Source: Eledone cirrhosa (lineage: Eukaryota). From it: DNA of 64,000 nt. The stretch covers positions 28,086,001-28,150,000 of the forward strand of contig OZ024763.1 of assembly GCA_964016885.1 (NCBI GenBank), read 5' to 3'. The translations under genes were made by a program, and so were the position numbers. Positions 1 through 13,269 of this stretch are shown piece after piece (position 1 is the stretch's first letter; each line of letters starts with the position of its first letter). The notes under the pieces are model-generated. The model was not told the origin of the DNA, searched no databases, and saw nothing but the letters and a program-made list of their open reading frames with translations.

Positions 1-13
1 CATATACACATAC

Positions 14-250
14 ACTCACAGCATAGCAAATGGAACGCCATCTGCTGTTTTGCTATAGTTTTTTCACCATCCCTTGCCTTCCTTTCACACACACACACAG
101 CATAGCAAATGGAACGCTAGCTGGTGTTTTGGTATAGTTTTTCCCCATCCCTTGCCTCCCTTTTACACAACACACAGCATAGCAAATGGAACGCCATCTG
201 CTGTTTTGCTAGTTTTTTTTCCCCATCCCTTGCCTTCCTTTTACACACAC
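14..250. repeat. ~80-bp tandem repeat, three copies
   Basis: cacagcatagcaaatggaacgcc...catcccttgcc. Confidence 0.85.
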
Positions 251-487
251 ATATATTCACACAAACAAAAATTGTGTGACAGACAGGTGACAGACTGATA
301 GAAGTCACTCAAATTTATATATAGATGAAAGACAGTCACCCAATTTCACACACATGGCATGGGTTAACCTGAGGCTATGATGAATGAAATTTGCCCAAGA
401 TGTCACAGGACTTGATGGTTGCAAAGCAAACCCCTCAACCACTTGGCCACAATGAATCTTAATTAACAGACACAGGGTTGGATTTGC

Positions 488-665
488 AGCATTGGTAGAG
501 AGTCGGGCGCCATGCTTTCCAGCATAGAGTTACGTCCCTTTACAGACTGAGTTCAAATCCCGCCGAGGTTAAATTTGCCTTTTATCCTTACAGGGTCGAT
601 AAAATAAAGTACCAGTAATGTACTTGGTAATTGCTGGCCTTGTGCCAAAAGTAGAAACAATTATT
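488..665 (+). mobile_element. SINE family 1 (tRNA-derived head plus gcctttcatcctt..ggggtcgataaa central domain; resembles octopus OR1-type SINEs)
   Basis: A/B-box-like ttggtagag...gagttcaaatccc and tail ccttgtgccaaaagtagaaac. Further copies at 6040-6210(-), 21590-22410(- cluster), 34150-34322(+), 39625-39690(-), 40095-40245(-), 44045-44152(+), 45888-46090(-), 48830-49005(+). Confidence 0.8.
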
Positions 666-1050
666 CATAAGGCTCACAAGGTGGAGAAATAAAGGAGCCC
701 TTCTCCATTTTGTTACACTGAACTTTATCATACAGACAGGCTGTAAGACCTATAAGGATGATGAAATTGAAAACTAGGGGAGCCCTTAAACATTTCATTG
801 TATGGAAGCTTATTATACAGGCACAGGGCTGTATTCTCCATAAGGCTGACAAGGTTGAATGATAGAGGAGCCCTTAAACATTTCATTGTATGGAACCTTA
901 TTATACAGGCATAGGTTTGTATTATCCCTAAGGGTGATGAAGTAGAAAATTAAGGGGCTCCTTAAACATTTGGTCACACGGAACCTTATCATAGAGATAT
1001 AGGGCTGTATTATTCATAAGGTTAACTAGGTTTGAAAACTAGGGAACCTC
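662..1050. repeat. ~90-bp degenerate tandem repeat, four copies
   Basis: ggagcccttaaacatttcattgtatggaaccttattatacaggca. Confidence 0.75.
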
Positions 1051-1507
1051 TGAAGAGACTAGGGGTTTGTGAAAGACTGATGTCACCAAAGGGGTCCTGA
1101 TGTGAAATGTATGGAAGCTAAGGGGACAAGCCATGTGTTAACAAGGGCCCTGCAAATGCTGGTGAAATATAGAAAAAGACCTGATAGGGTTATTCTTGTT
1201 ATTCTTTCAGTCAAAATTCTTTTTACAAACATTAGGGGTTAAATTTCACTTTTATTTCTGTACAACAATCAATAAATGTAGGGAATATTAATAGAATGGG
1301 TTAGGTTAGTGGAAGGTAAAGAAGGGGGTAAAAATGAGAGCTGGGCAGAGGGGGAGATGGTAGGTGGTTGTGACAGAGGTTACTATCACAAGGGAAAAGC
1401 GGAGGGCTTCAGGAGACCATATGACTTCCAATATATACATAAATATATATACACACACACACATATATATATATGAAAATTGCAAACTTGATTGTCACCA
1501 CAGAATA

Positions 1508-1546
1508 TGAACCTGAAGATTGCGAAAGCATGAAAGTACTTCTTCA
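1508..1546 (+). ncRNA. Minimal hammerhead-like motif (E-like stem III)
   Basis: TGAAC-CTGAAGA-t tgc gaaa gca t-GAAA-GTAC-TT-CTTCA. The stem I closing pair is mismatched. Confidence 0.5.
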
Positions 1547-1743
1547 ATTAACACTTAACATTTAATATTCTACCATACTATTTCATTATAATATCATTAT
1601 AATTTTAAAGGATTGTAAATAAAACGAGTAAATCAGACAAAGTTGGAATTCCTTTTATTAATATAATCTTCTATACACAATCATACACACTCGTGTATAT
1701 TTATTTATTTATATATGTTGTATATTTATTTATTTATATATAT

Positions 1744-1783
<40 letters not shown>

Positions 1784-2091
1784 TTTTGCGAGGTTTTTGA
1801 TATGAAATATGACACAAATATGACCCTCCCCAAGTATAACAATATATATAACTATATATATACACACAGATGTATGTGTGTATAAACATATACACACACA
1901 AGCATTCAAATATATATATATATATATATATAGGAACAAGTAAGACCCCGACGGCTGAGCTGAAGTTTCGACGGCTAATTCTGGACTCAGCCGTCGGGGT
2001 CTTACTTGTTCCTATTACCCACTCTACTACCCTAAGTATTGAGTACTTTGGTGCGTTATGGTCCACCTGGTTCCTTACCACATTTCCTTCG

Positions 2092-2184
<93 letters not shown>

Positions 2185-2225
2185 CGTGTGTGTGTGTGTG
2201 TATAAACATATACACATACAAGCAT

Positions 2226-2280
<55 letters not shown>

Positions 2281-2478
2281 TGTGTGTCAATCACTGGTGA
2301 GAATTTTGTAAATAGAAAAACAGAGGGTAAGTCGATTCCTCAAATTCCAACCCCCTGGACAGTTTGTTTTTGTAAGGGAGCTTCAGTGCAGTATGTGTGT
2401 ATATATATGTGTGTGTGTATGCGTGTGTGTATATGTGTGTGTTAGTGGAGTATATGTGCTTATATATCATTGTAATAA

Positions 2479-2531
<53 letters not shown>

Positions 2532-2598
2532 TGTATGTATATATATATACACACACACACATGTATGTATATATATATATACACACACGCACACACAC

Positions 2599-2630
<32 letters not shown>

Positions 2631-2655
2631 ATACACACATATATGTATATATATA

Positions 2656-2703
<48 letters not shown>

Positions 2704-2757
2704 TGTATATATATATATTTATATATATATATATACACACATATATGTATATATATA

Positions 2758-2799
<42 letters not shown>

Positions 2800-2815
2800 T
2801 GTATATATATATATT

Positions 2816-2849
<34 letters not shown>

Positions 2850-3521
2850 TGTATGTATATATATATATTTATATATATATATATACACACACATGTATAT
2901 ATATATATATATATATACACACATGTATATATATATATACATGCATACACACACACACGTGTGTGTGTATGCATGTATATGCTGTGTGTATGTGTGCAAG
3001 CAAGTGTGATATAGGTTGGGGGGGGGGGTCTATTTAACAGGATATGTCAGGAAGAATATGAAAAGGCAAAAAACATAACAATAATAACAATAATAATATT
3101 AACAGCGAACTGGACGGGGGGGGGGTGTTGAACCCTCCCCCACCTCTCCCTCAGCCCCTCACTTACTCCATAACCCGTGGAGGGAGGTGGTAGGTGGTGT
3201 GGTGTATTGGAAGACATACCTGTAGAATGTATGTTAGGAATGTTCTGAGATAACAATAGCAGCAACTAGATTTAAGGTAAAGGTGTGTGTAGAGTGGGGG
3301 GAAGGGACAATGTGCCGATGGAGGGGGTGGTGGTGGTGGTGGGGGGTTGTAGTGTAGTGGTGCTTGTCTCCTTAGTGGTGATGGGAAAGGAGTGAGGGTA
3401 GGGAAGTGTCTGGTTCAAGGAAAATGGAAATATATATGTCTAGATGGATCAGTGTGTGTGTAGTCAGAAATAGCTGTCGAAACGACTTGAGCTCTGCCGT
3501 CGGGGTTAAACATTTTCCTAT

Positions 3522-3906
3522 ATATATTGGTAAAAGGAAAAGAAAATGCTGACAAATTGTTCCCAGTGAAAAATAGTTTAATTAGGAATAAGTAAAAATT
3601 AGTAATAGCATTGGTTAGTATTCAGTTTTGGTTTTAAGTTTTACCGGTTGCGCATTTCTAATGCTTTTCAAAACTAATTTTGAGATAGAGCGTCCGTGAT
3701 GTTTGCTCTAATCTGATTAGAACAAACATCACGGGCGCTCTGTCTCAAAATTATTTTTGAAAAGCATTAGAAATGCGCAACCGGTAAAACTTAAAACCAA
3801 AACTGAATACTAACCAATGCTATTACTAATTTTTACTTATTCCTAATTAAACTATTTTTCACTGGGAACAATTTGTCAGTATTTTCTTTTCCTTTTACCA
3901 ATATAT
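3522..3906. repeat. Near-perfect 385-bp palindrome (192-bp arms, 1-nt loop at 3714)
   Basis: atatattggtaaaagg...ctaatc t gattag...ccttttaccaatatat, with about 5 mismatches. Confidence 0.95.
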
Positions 3907-3936
3907 CATAACTCGTGTGTTACGCCTCTATTCTTT

Positions 3937-3987
<51 letters not shown>

Positions 3988-3990
<3 letters not shown>

Positions 3991-4594
3991 AGGTCACCAG
4001 TTGGTGCTACTGGTAACATGTATCCCAGTACAACCTGTCTCATGGTCGGGTCGTTGGCGACTAAACTGGCAACCCCACCAAGGTTTCTTGGTGAGGAGGG
4101 TGACTTTGGACATCCTGCAGGACTAAAAACAAAACCTGTCAAAGGGCAAGGGAGCTCTTAAGACTCAATAGCCATCCAAAATCACCGGGAGAGATGACCC
4201 CTTAGCCTTTGTCAAGGCAGAATTCTAGGAGAAGGAAAACTCTGATATAACACCTGCAACCCTGATGGTATCCAATGATGTTGACTTGTTCTTCTTTTTG
4301 GTAAATATCATCTTGGTTAAGAGAGTGGGACTGGCTTTGTGCAGTGCCTTTGCTCACTATAAAAGCTTCACAGCACAGGCATTGCTTTATATCTGGAGAT
4401 CTCTCTGCACTTGTCATCACATGGTCAATATGATGCACTATGTGTCAATAATGGTCACAAGTGTAGTCTTTGTACCAGAGTTTTCAAGTCGCTGGCTGGA
4501 CTAAGAGGTCACATTCGTTCAGCGCATCGGTGGGGGTTCTCCTGCATGGATGTGAAGCGGTGGCCGTGCTCGAGAACGAGTTGGCGGCCACCAT
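3988..4594 (+). mobile_element. Internally deleted (bipartite) RTE-like non-autonomous retroelement; second copy 5396-6000 (+), partial third copy 42322-42730 (-)
   Basis: The 3' part encodes a C2H2 finger [22 protein letters not shown] like RTE C-termini. The 5' part (gactaaactggcaacccc) resembles RTE 5' UTRs. Three similar copies sit between microsatellites. Confidence 0.6.
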
Positions 4595-6284
4595 ATGTGT
4601 ATGTATATGTGTATGTATGTGTGTATGTATATATATATATATGTATATATGTCTATATATGTATGTGTGTCTGTATATGTATGTATATGTATGTGTGTAT
4701 GTATGTGTATATGTGTATGTATGTATGTATATATGTATATATATGTATATATGTATGTATGTATGTATGTGTATGTGCGTGTGTATGTATATATGTGTAT
4801 ATGTATGTATATGTATGTATGTATGTATTTGTGTATGTGTATGTATATATATTGATATGTATATGTATGTATATATGTATTTATGTATGTGTATGTATAT
4901 GTATTGATATGTATATATGTATGTATGTGTATGTATGTATATATGTATGTATGTATATGTGTATATGTTTATGTATATATGTATATATATGTATGTGTGT
5001 GTATGTATATGTATATATATATATATGTGTGTGTGTATGTATATATATATATGTATGTATGTATATGTGTATGTGTGTATGTGTATATATATATGTGTAT
5101 ATATGTGTGTGTGTATGTATGTATATATATATATGTATGTATGTGTGTATGTGTGTATGTATATGTGTGTATATATATATGTGTGTGTATATGTGTATGT
5201 GTATATATGTATGTATATGTATATATATATATGTATATGTATGTGTGTATGTATATGTATGTATGTGTGTATGTATGTATGTGCATATGTATATATGTAT
5301 GTATGTATGTATATATATATGTATATATGCGTATGTGTATGTATGTATGTATGTATATGTAAGTGTATATATATGTGTGTATATGTATATATATGTCAGG
5401 TCACCAGTTGGTCCTACTGGTAACATGTCTCCCAGTGCAACCTGTCTCATGGTCGGGTCGTTGGTGACTAAACTGGCAACCCCACAAAGGTTTCTTGGTG
5501 AGGAGGGTGACTTTGGATATCCTGCAGGACTAAAAGCAGAACCCGTCAAAGGGCAAGGGAGCTCTTGAGAGTCAATGGCCATCCAAGGTCACTGGGAGAG
5601 ATGGCCCCTTGGCCTTTGTCAAGGCAGAGTTCTAGGAGAAGGAAAACTCTGATATAGCACCTGCAACCCTGATGGTATCCGGTGATGTTGACTTGTTCTT
5701 CTTTTTGGTGAGTGTCGTCTTGGTTGAGAGAGTGGGACTGGCTTTGTGCGGTGCCTTTGCTCACTATAAAAGCTTCACGGCACAGGCATTGCTTTATGTC
5801 TGGAGATCTCTCTGCACTTGTCACATGGTACCATGGACCCAGCACTATGTGTCAATAGTTGTCACAAGTGTAGTGTTTGTACCAGAGTTTTCAAGTCGTT
5901 GGCTGGACTAAAAAGTCACACTTGTTCAGTGCATCGATAAGGGTTCTCCTACATGGATATAAAGTAGTGGCCGTACTCGAAAACGAGTTGGCAGCCATCA
6001 TATATATATATATATGTAAAAGGTAAACAGAAATAACTGGTTCTACTTTTGGCACAAGGCCAGTAATTAGCCAGTGTATTACTGGTACTTTATTTTATCG
6101 ACCTCGTAAGGATGAAAGGCAAAGTTAACCTCGGCGGGATTTGAACTCAGAATGGCAAGGGCCGTAACTCTATACGTCAAAGCATGGCGTCCGACCCTCT
6201 ACCGACACTGAGAAATAACAACACAATCGGTACAGTATATGGAAGGGATATATTAGGTTAATGCTTGATATATCAGCAAGAGGG

Positions 6285-6320
6285 TCTTAACATTTCGGAC
6301 GCTAGTCCTTCATCAGAAGA
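6285..6320 (-). ncRNA. Minimal hammerhead motif, family F
   Basis: Reverse complement: TCTT-CTGATGA-a ggac tagc gtcc-GAAA-TG-TT-AAGA. Confidence 0.65.
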
Positions 6321-6938
6321 AAGAATGAGAGATAAGATAGATTGAGGGGGACGGGCGGGTTGGAATTAGAAAAAAATGTCTTTAGATAAAAATAACAGGT
6401 CCATTCATGTTGACATCGACAGTCGATCAACTTTCGTCAAATCGGACCGAGGAAACAATGTTTCCATTGGTTTTTCCAATTGCGAATGCTATCTATCGGT
6501 CACAAGACCAGGTAAAGGGAGCAACATGAAATAAAGTGTCTTGCTCAAGGACATAACGCATCACCCGGTCTGGGAATCGAACTACTCACACACTCGCACA
6601 CACAATGAACAAATATAGCATGTAACTTGAAATTTCCTGTCTTCATACACATTCATTAGATCCTTCTGTTAAATATGTATGCATATTGTATATACACACA
6701 CACAAACACACATCCACATATATATATATATACATGCAGTCGATCGACAAATCGGACCGAGGAAACAATGTTTCCATTGGTTTTTTCAATCGCTAATCCT
6801 ATCCAGGCTGAAAGAGCAACGTGAAATAAAGTGAAATAAAGTGTCTTGCTGAAGGATATAATGCATCGCTCGTTCCAGGAATCGAACTCAAAACCTCACG
6901 CTTCTGAATCCTATTTTCCAAACACTCAGCCATATGCC

Positions 6939-6999
<61 letters not shown>

Positions 7000-7001
7000 T
7001 A

Positions 7002-7220
7002 GTGAAGGCGTGTGGCTGAGTGGTTAGAGTATTGGATTCACAATCGAGAGGTTGTGAGTTCGATTCCTGAACCAGGCGATGCGTTATGTCCTTGAGCAAG
7101 ACACTTTATTTCACGTTGCTCCTTCTACCTGGAGTTGTGACCGATAGATAGTATTAGCAATTGGAAAGAACAACGGAAACATAGTTTCCTCGGTCCGATT
7201 TGACGAAAGTCGGTCGACTA
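7002..7220 (+). mobile_element. SINE family 2 (tRNA head plus CORE-like tccttgagcaagacactt domain; resembles octopus OR2-type SINEs)
   Basis: ggctgagtggttagag...gagttcgattcctg...tgtccttgagcaagacactttatttcacgttgctcc. Other copies at 6420-6585(-), 6737-6941(-), 40311-40455(+), 48595-48815(+, degenerate), 63235-63360(-). Confidence 0.8.
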
Positions 7221-7276
<56 letters not shown>

Positions 7277-7388
7277 GTGTATGTTCTCAGTTACCTAAAG
7301 AGAAAAACGCTACATCAGAGCAAGAAAACTGATGATGATGATGATGATGATGATGATAGCTTGTAATGTATTGTAATATTAGCCAGAG

Positions 7389-7458
<70 letters not shown>

Positions 7459-7479
7459 TATATATATATATGTACACAT

Positions 7480-8730
7480 GCATTTATATATGTGAATATA
7501 TATACATATACATACGTGCATTTATATATGTGACTATATATACATATACATACGTGCATTTATATATGTGACTATATATACATATACATACGTGCATTTA
7601 TATATGTGAATATATATACATATACATACGTACATTTATATATATACGTATATACATATAAATATGTACACATGCATTTATATATGAATATATATACATA
7701 TACATACGTGCATTTATATATGTGAATATATATACATATACATACGTGCATTTATATATGTGACTATATATACATATACATACGTGCATTTATATATGTG
7801 AATATATATACATATACATACGTACATTTATATATATACATATTATATACATATAAATATGTACACATGCATTTATATATGAATATATATACATATACAT
7901 ACGTGCATTTATATATGTGACTATATATACATATACATACGTGCATTTATATATGTGACTATATATACATATACATACGTGCATTTATATATGTGAATAT
8001 ATATACATATACATACGTACATTTATATATATACGTATATACATATAAATATGTACACATGCATTTATATATGAATATATATACATATACATACGTGCAT
8101 TTATATATGTGAATATATATACATATACATACGTGCATTTATATATGTGACTATATATACATATACATACGTGCATTTATATATGTGAATATATATACAT
8201 ATACATACGTACATTTATATATATACATATTATATACATATAAATATGTACACATGCATTTATATATGAATATATATACATATACATACGTGCATTTATA
8301 TATGTGAATATATATACATATACATACGTGCATTTATATATGTGACTATATATACATATACATACGTGCATTTATATATGTGACTATATATACATATACA
8401 TACGTACATTTATATATGAATATATATACATATACATACGTGCATTTATATATGTGAATATATATACATATACATACGTGCATTTATATATGTGAATATA
8501 TATACATATACATACGTGTATTTATATATGTGAATATATATACATATACATACGTGCATTTATATATGTGACTATATATACATATACATATACATATACA
8601 TACGTGCATTTATATATGTGAATATATATACATATACATACGTACATTTATATATATACGTATATACATATAAATATGTACACATGCATTTATATATGTG
8701 AATATATATGCATATACATACGTACATTTA
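7480..8730. repeat. 38-bp AT-rich minisatellite with higher-order repetition
   Basis: tgcatttatatatgtgaatatatatacatatacatacg repeated. Confidence 0.9.
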
Positions 8731-9018
8731 TATCTATATCTCTCTCTATATATATGTATACACACACATATATATATATACACAATATGTACACATACAT
8801 ATTACTTTGAAGTTGGATTATATTTTCAAAATCCATGAAACAAAGATTTGTCAGTCATCAGCAGATTGTTCCTTCTCTCTCCATCTTCAAAGGGACGGTA
8901 ATTTTGGAACTCACCGAACCCTCTTACTGAAGACTTACCAGAACCATTATACCCTTAGGCAAGACAAAGGTTTGGCACCACCAATGTCTTCTCAGAAGCA
9001 TGTATGTATATATATGTA

Positions 9019-9065
<47 letters not shown>

Positions 9066-9444
9066 CGAAGGAAATGTGGTAAGGAACCAGGTGGATTATA
9101 ACGCACCAAAGTACTCAATACTTGAGGTAGTAGAGTGGGTAATAGGAACCAGTAAGACCCCGACAGCTGAGCTCAAGCCGTTTCGACGGCTAATTCTGCA
9201 GAATTAGCCGTCGAAACGGCTTGAGCTCAGCTGTCGGGGTCTTACTGGTTCCTATATATATATATATATATATATATATGTAGGAGGTGAGTTTTATTGT
9301 AGTACAATAAAGCAATGCAGATATCGGATAAGAAGCACTCTACAGTGTGTAGGACTGGAGTATAAATAATATATAAGATCAAAAGATGGTTAAAAGAGTT
9401 CCCACTATTCACAAGTGTTTTTTAACCTTCATATCATGTCTTCC

Positions 9445-9515
9445 TATTTTATCTGATGAAAACACAAATGTTATTGCATGATGATATTTGTTTTTGAAAT
9501 GCGCATAATAAAATA
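9445..9515 (+). ncRNA. Type I hammerhead ribozyme motif, family A (minimal palindromic stem III)
   Basis: TATTTTAT-CTGATGA-[aaacacaaatgttatt gc atgatgatatttgttttt stem II]-GAAA-TGCGCA-TA-ATAAAATA. Stem I is a perfect 8 bp; A-TGCGCA-T is palindromic. Confidence 0.8.
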
Positions 9516-9538
9516 CATTCTTTTAACCATCTTTTGAT

Positions 9539-9596
<58 letters not shown>

Positions 9597-10048
9597 CGCG
9601 TGTAAGTATTTATTTCATTTCAATTACCTCTGTATTGTATTTTATTTACTTTATTCTTAACTCTGAAGCGGAGAATCATTCGGTTTCCGAGTTAGAATTT
9701 TAGTCTACGACTTCAGCTATACAATTTACGTGGTTTTGTCTTTGCGTGCAATTGTTCTCAACGCTCCACATATGACGTATTATCTTCGTTTTTTCCGTTC
9801 ATTGCCAGAGAACGTCTCTATGAACCATCTAAGAGAACATTAGTCTACGACTTATTTTATACCATAAACGTGGTTCTGTCTTTGCGTGTAATTGTTTTTC
9901 ACCGCTCCTATTAATGACGTATTATATTCGTTTTTTCCCGTTCTTTGCCAGGGAACGTTTCCACGAACCAAAGTATTGTCTTCCTGTCTTCCTCCGGTTG
10001 CAACGTTTTTTTAAATATTCACTTCTGCATTTACAGATTTACTTTGTT

Positions 10049-10099
10049 AGTTTCAGAAGATCCCGTTAAGGGTGAAAGCAGAGATTCTTTGCTTAAACT
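10049..10099 (+). ncRNA. Type I hammerhead motif, family G (full stem III; core CAGAAGA has one mutation)
   Basis: AGTTT-CAGAAGA-t ccc gttaa ggg t-GAAA-gcagag att ctttgc-TT-AAACT. 5'-truncated copies are at ~32158-32190 and 60461-60500. Confidence 0.6.
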
Positions 10100-10206
10100 T
10101 TAATCTGTTATTTTAATAAATATTTGCTCTACGGTTCTTATATATTTGATATATATTTATCCCTATCGAGCCCTCTTTGGATTTTAGTCTTCAAATTTAT
10201 TATTGT

Positions 10207-10288
<82 letters not shown>

Positions 10289-10289
10289 A

Positions 10290-10331
<42 letters not shown>

Positions 10332-10892
10332 GTGTGTGTGTGTTTTTGTATTTAATATATACAAACCTTTAGTAATGGAATAGTTATATTTTGTGTTGTT
10401 CACTTTCTAATATATATATATATATATTATATATATATATATATTGTTATACTTGGGGAGGGTCATATTTGTGTAATATTGCCAGAATTAATAACAGAAC
10501 ACACTCACTGTTTGGTTGGTTTTCGCTTCTGTGTCTTTTATATCGACACACGATTTCATATAAAAAACCTCGCAAAACTAATATATTATATATATATAGA
10601 TTTTAAGTTTATGTTGGTTGTATACCAACACCTCAGTATGCAGGCTGGAGCACTCGACGAAGTGCACAGGTTGGTTTGGTTACTCCGGAGTAGTGTAAAA
10701 TAAAGTTAAATAAAAGTCAAATGATTAGAATTTAGCTTCGTTTATTACTGCTATATATATTTCAGTGACAGCCATCTTTGACTCCAGTTCCTCAGTGAAT
10801 TAACAACCCAACAAGGAACTGGGCATATCAGAGTATTGACAATATTATACACCTAAACAACATATGTACTTGTCTATACCATACTAATTCAA

Positions 10893-10947
10893 ACTGCCTG
10901 AAGAGGTCACAGCCAAAGATGGCTGTCACTGAAATATATATAGCAGT
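10893..10947 (+). ncRNA. Type I hammerhead ribozyme motif, family C
   Basis: ACTGC-CTGAAGA-ggtcacagcc aaagat ggctgtcact-GAAA-TATATA-TA-GCAGT. Stem I is a perfect 5 bp, stem II pairs 9/10, and stem III is palindromic. Confidence 0.8.
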
Positions 10948-10991
10948 AATAAACGAAGCTAAATTTTAATCATTTGACTTTTATTTAACTT

Positions 10992-11030
<39 letters not shown>

Positions 11031-12829
11031 TACACGCACATATATAAACTATGTGTTTTTACTTATTTGAAAAATAAAATTTTCCTAATTCATTAGTCTG
11101 AACTGAAGTGAAACGTAAATTACAGTGTGTTGGTGTTGGTTTGGTGGTGGTGTTGGTTTGATGGTGGTGGTGTTGGTGTTGGTGATGGTGTTGGTGTGGT
11201 ATTGGTGTGATGGTGGTGGTGTTGGTTTGATGGTGGTGGTGTTGGTGTGGTTGTTGGTGTTGGTGTTGGTTTGATGGTGGTGGTGTTGGTGTGGTGTTGG
11301 TTTGATGGTGGTGGTGGTGGTGTTGGTGTGGTGTTGGTTTGATGGTGGTAGTGTTGGTGTTCGTGTGGTGTTGGTGTTGGTGTGGGAGTTGGTTTGGTGG
11401 TGCTGTTGGTGTGGTGTTGGTGTGTTGTTGGAGTTGGTTTGATGGTGGTGGTGTTGGTGTGGTGTTGGTTTGATGGTGGTGGTGGTGGTGTTGGTGGTGT
11501 TGGAGTTGGTTTGATGGTGGTGGTGGTGTTGCTGTTGGTGTGGTGTTGGAGTTGGTTTGATGGTGGTGGTGGTGTTGGTGTTGGTTTGATGGTGGTGGTG
11601 TTGGTGTGGTGTTGGAGTTGGTTTGATGTTGGTGTTGGTGTGGTGTTGGTGGGTGGGGGGAGGGGGGTATTAGTGTTGGTATGGTTTGGATGGTGGTGCT
11701 GGTGGTATGGTGGTGCTATTATGATGATGCTGTTGTTGGTAATGGTGGTGTTGTGATGTTGACGAAATCAGAAATGACACCAAACAAACAAACAGAACCG
11801 AACTCTCTGAACAGCATGGTGTGGAATGAACGCAATGGAATGATGGAATGACGGAATGGAGGAATGGAATGATGGAATGGAATGGAATGATGGAACGCCA
11901 GAACCATGGAATGGTAAACAAGAGACAGAGCTACAAGGAAGATCACGAACAAGAAAATATTTGAACAACCTGGCCTTGTGTCAACCAAAGGAAGGAGTGA
12001 GGTGGAGGAGTGGTGGCGGTTGTGAGTGGAGAAGGAGGAAGGGGAGGAGGTCAGCAGTGGTGGGCAGAGGTAGTAGTGGTTGTGTGTGTCAACCAAAGGA
12101 AGAAAGGAAGGAGCAGGGAAAAGTAGGAAGAGGTAGTGGTTGTATGTGAGGAGGCGGGAGGGAGAGGAAGAGGTAGTGGTTGTATGTGAGGAGGCGGGAG
12201 GGAGAGGAAGAGGTAGTGGTTGTATGTGGGGATGAGGGAGATAGGAAGGGAAGAGACGATGGAGGTATGTATGTATGAGTAGACAATGGGAGTGATGGGC
12301 AGAGGTATAGGAGAAGAGGTGGTGGCTTTAGTAGTGGTGGGGAGGGTCGAATGTGTTTACTCTTGGTGACTGGAGACACACATAGAACAATAACAACAAT
12401 TACAACAACAACAACAACAACAATACAGACAAAAGATGGTCAAGGACAGACACTTGACATGCTAGAAATAGCAACCAAATCCCTTCTCAAATTTCATCAT
12501 CATCATCATCATCATCATCGGTTTTATAAACAGGAAGAGAAAAAATGAGGTTAAGAATAGAAAATAATAAAAATGAAAATATAAAAAAAAAAACGCAGAG
12601 ATATGAAGGGAACACATTTTCATGTGTGTGTGTATGTGTATGTATGTCTATATATGTGTGTGTGTGTGTGTGTTTATGTGCGTGTGGATGTTCGTCTGTG
12701 TATGTAAATGCGTGAATGTTCATATATCTGTGTATGTGTGTGTGTGTGTGCGTGCGTCTGTCTCTGTGTGTATATGCATGCATGTGTGTGTATGTGCATG
12801 CTTTTCTGTACGTAAATGTTCGCGTGCGT

Positions 12830-12871
<42 letters not shown>

Positions 12872-13269
12872 ATGGGAGTGGGCGGTGAGAAAAGATATTG
12901 GTTGAAGTTGCGTAAATGAAAAAGGGGGTTGTGGACGGTGTGGTGTGCGACGCTGTACAGGTGGGTAACATACATCACTTAACACATTAGCTTCTTAGCA
13001 TTGGTGGAAAGTCTTTCTATAATTATTATTTTTTAAAATTACCTTTATTTCTTTAAAAGCTGAACTCATACTTGCGCATACATATATAGAAACATACACA
13101 CACACACACACCTGCACACACCTGCATGAGATTGATAAACGTGCCCCCAATCACAAACACTCACCTGCCTGCACCTACCTGCATATGCAATTAATTAATT
13201 AATTAAACGTGTTTCTTTTATTCACCTGTGTTACATGCATACATACAGGAGAAAGGTGAGGCAAAAACA

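Noticed and set aside
1045-1090. CTGAAGA...GAAA hammerhead-like string
   Set aside because: No complementary stem I and a poor stem II, so likely chance.
7002-7075. tRNA gene-like sequences (also in other SINE heads)
   Set aside because: They continue into SINE bodies and lack a full cloverleaf, so they are SINE heads rather than tRNA genes.
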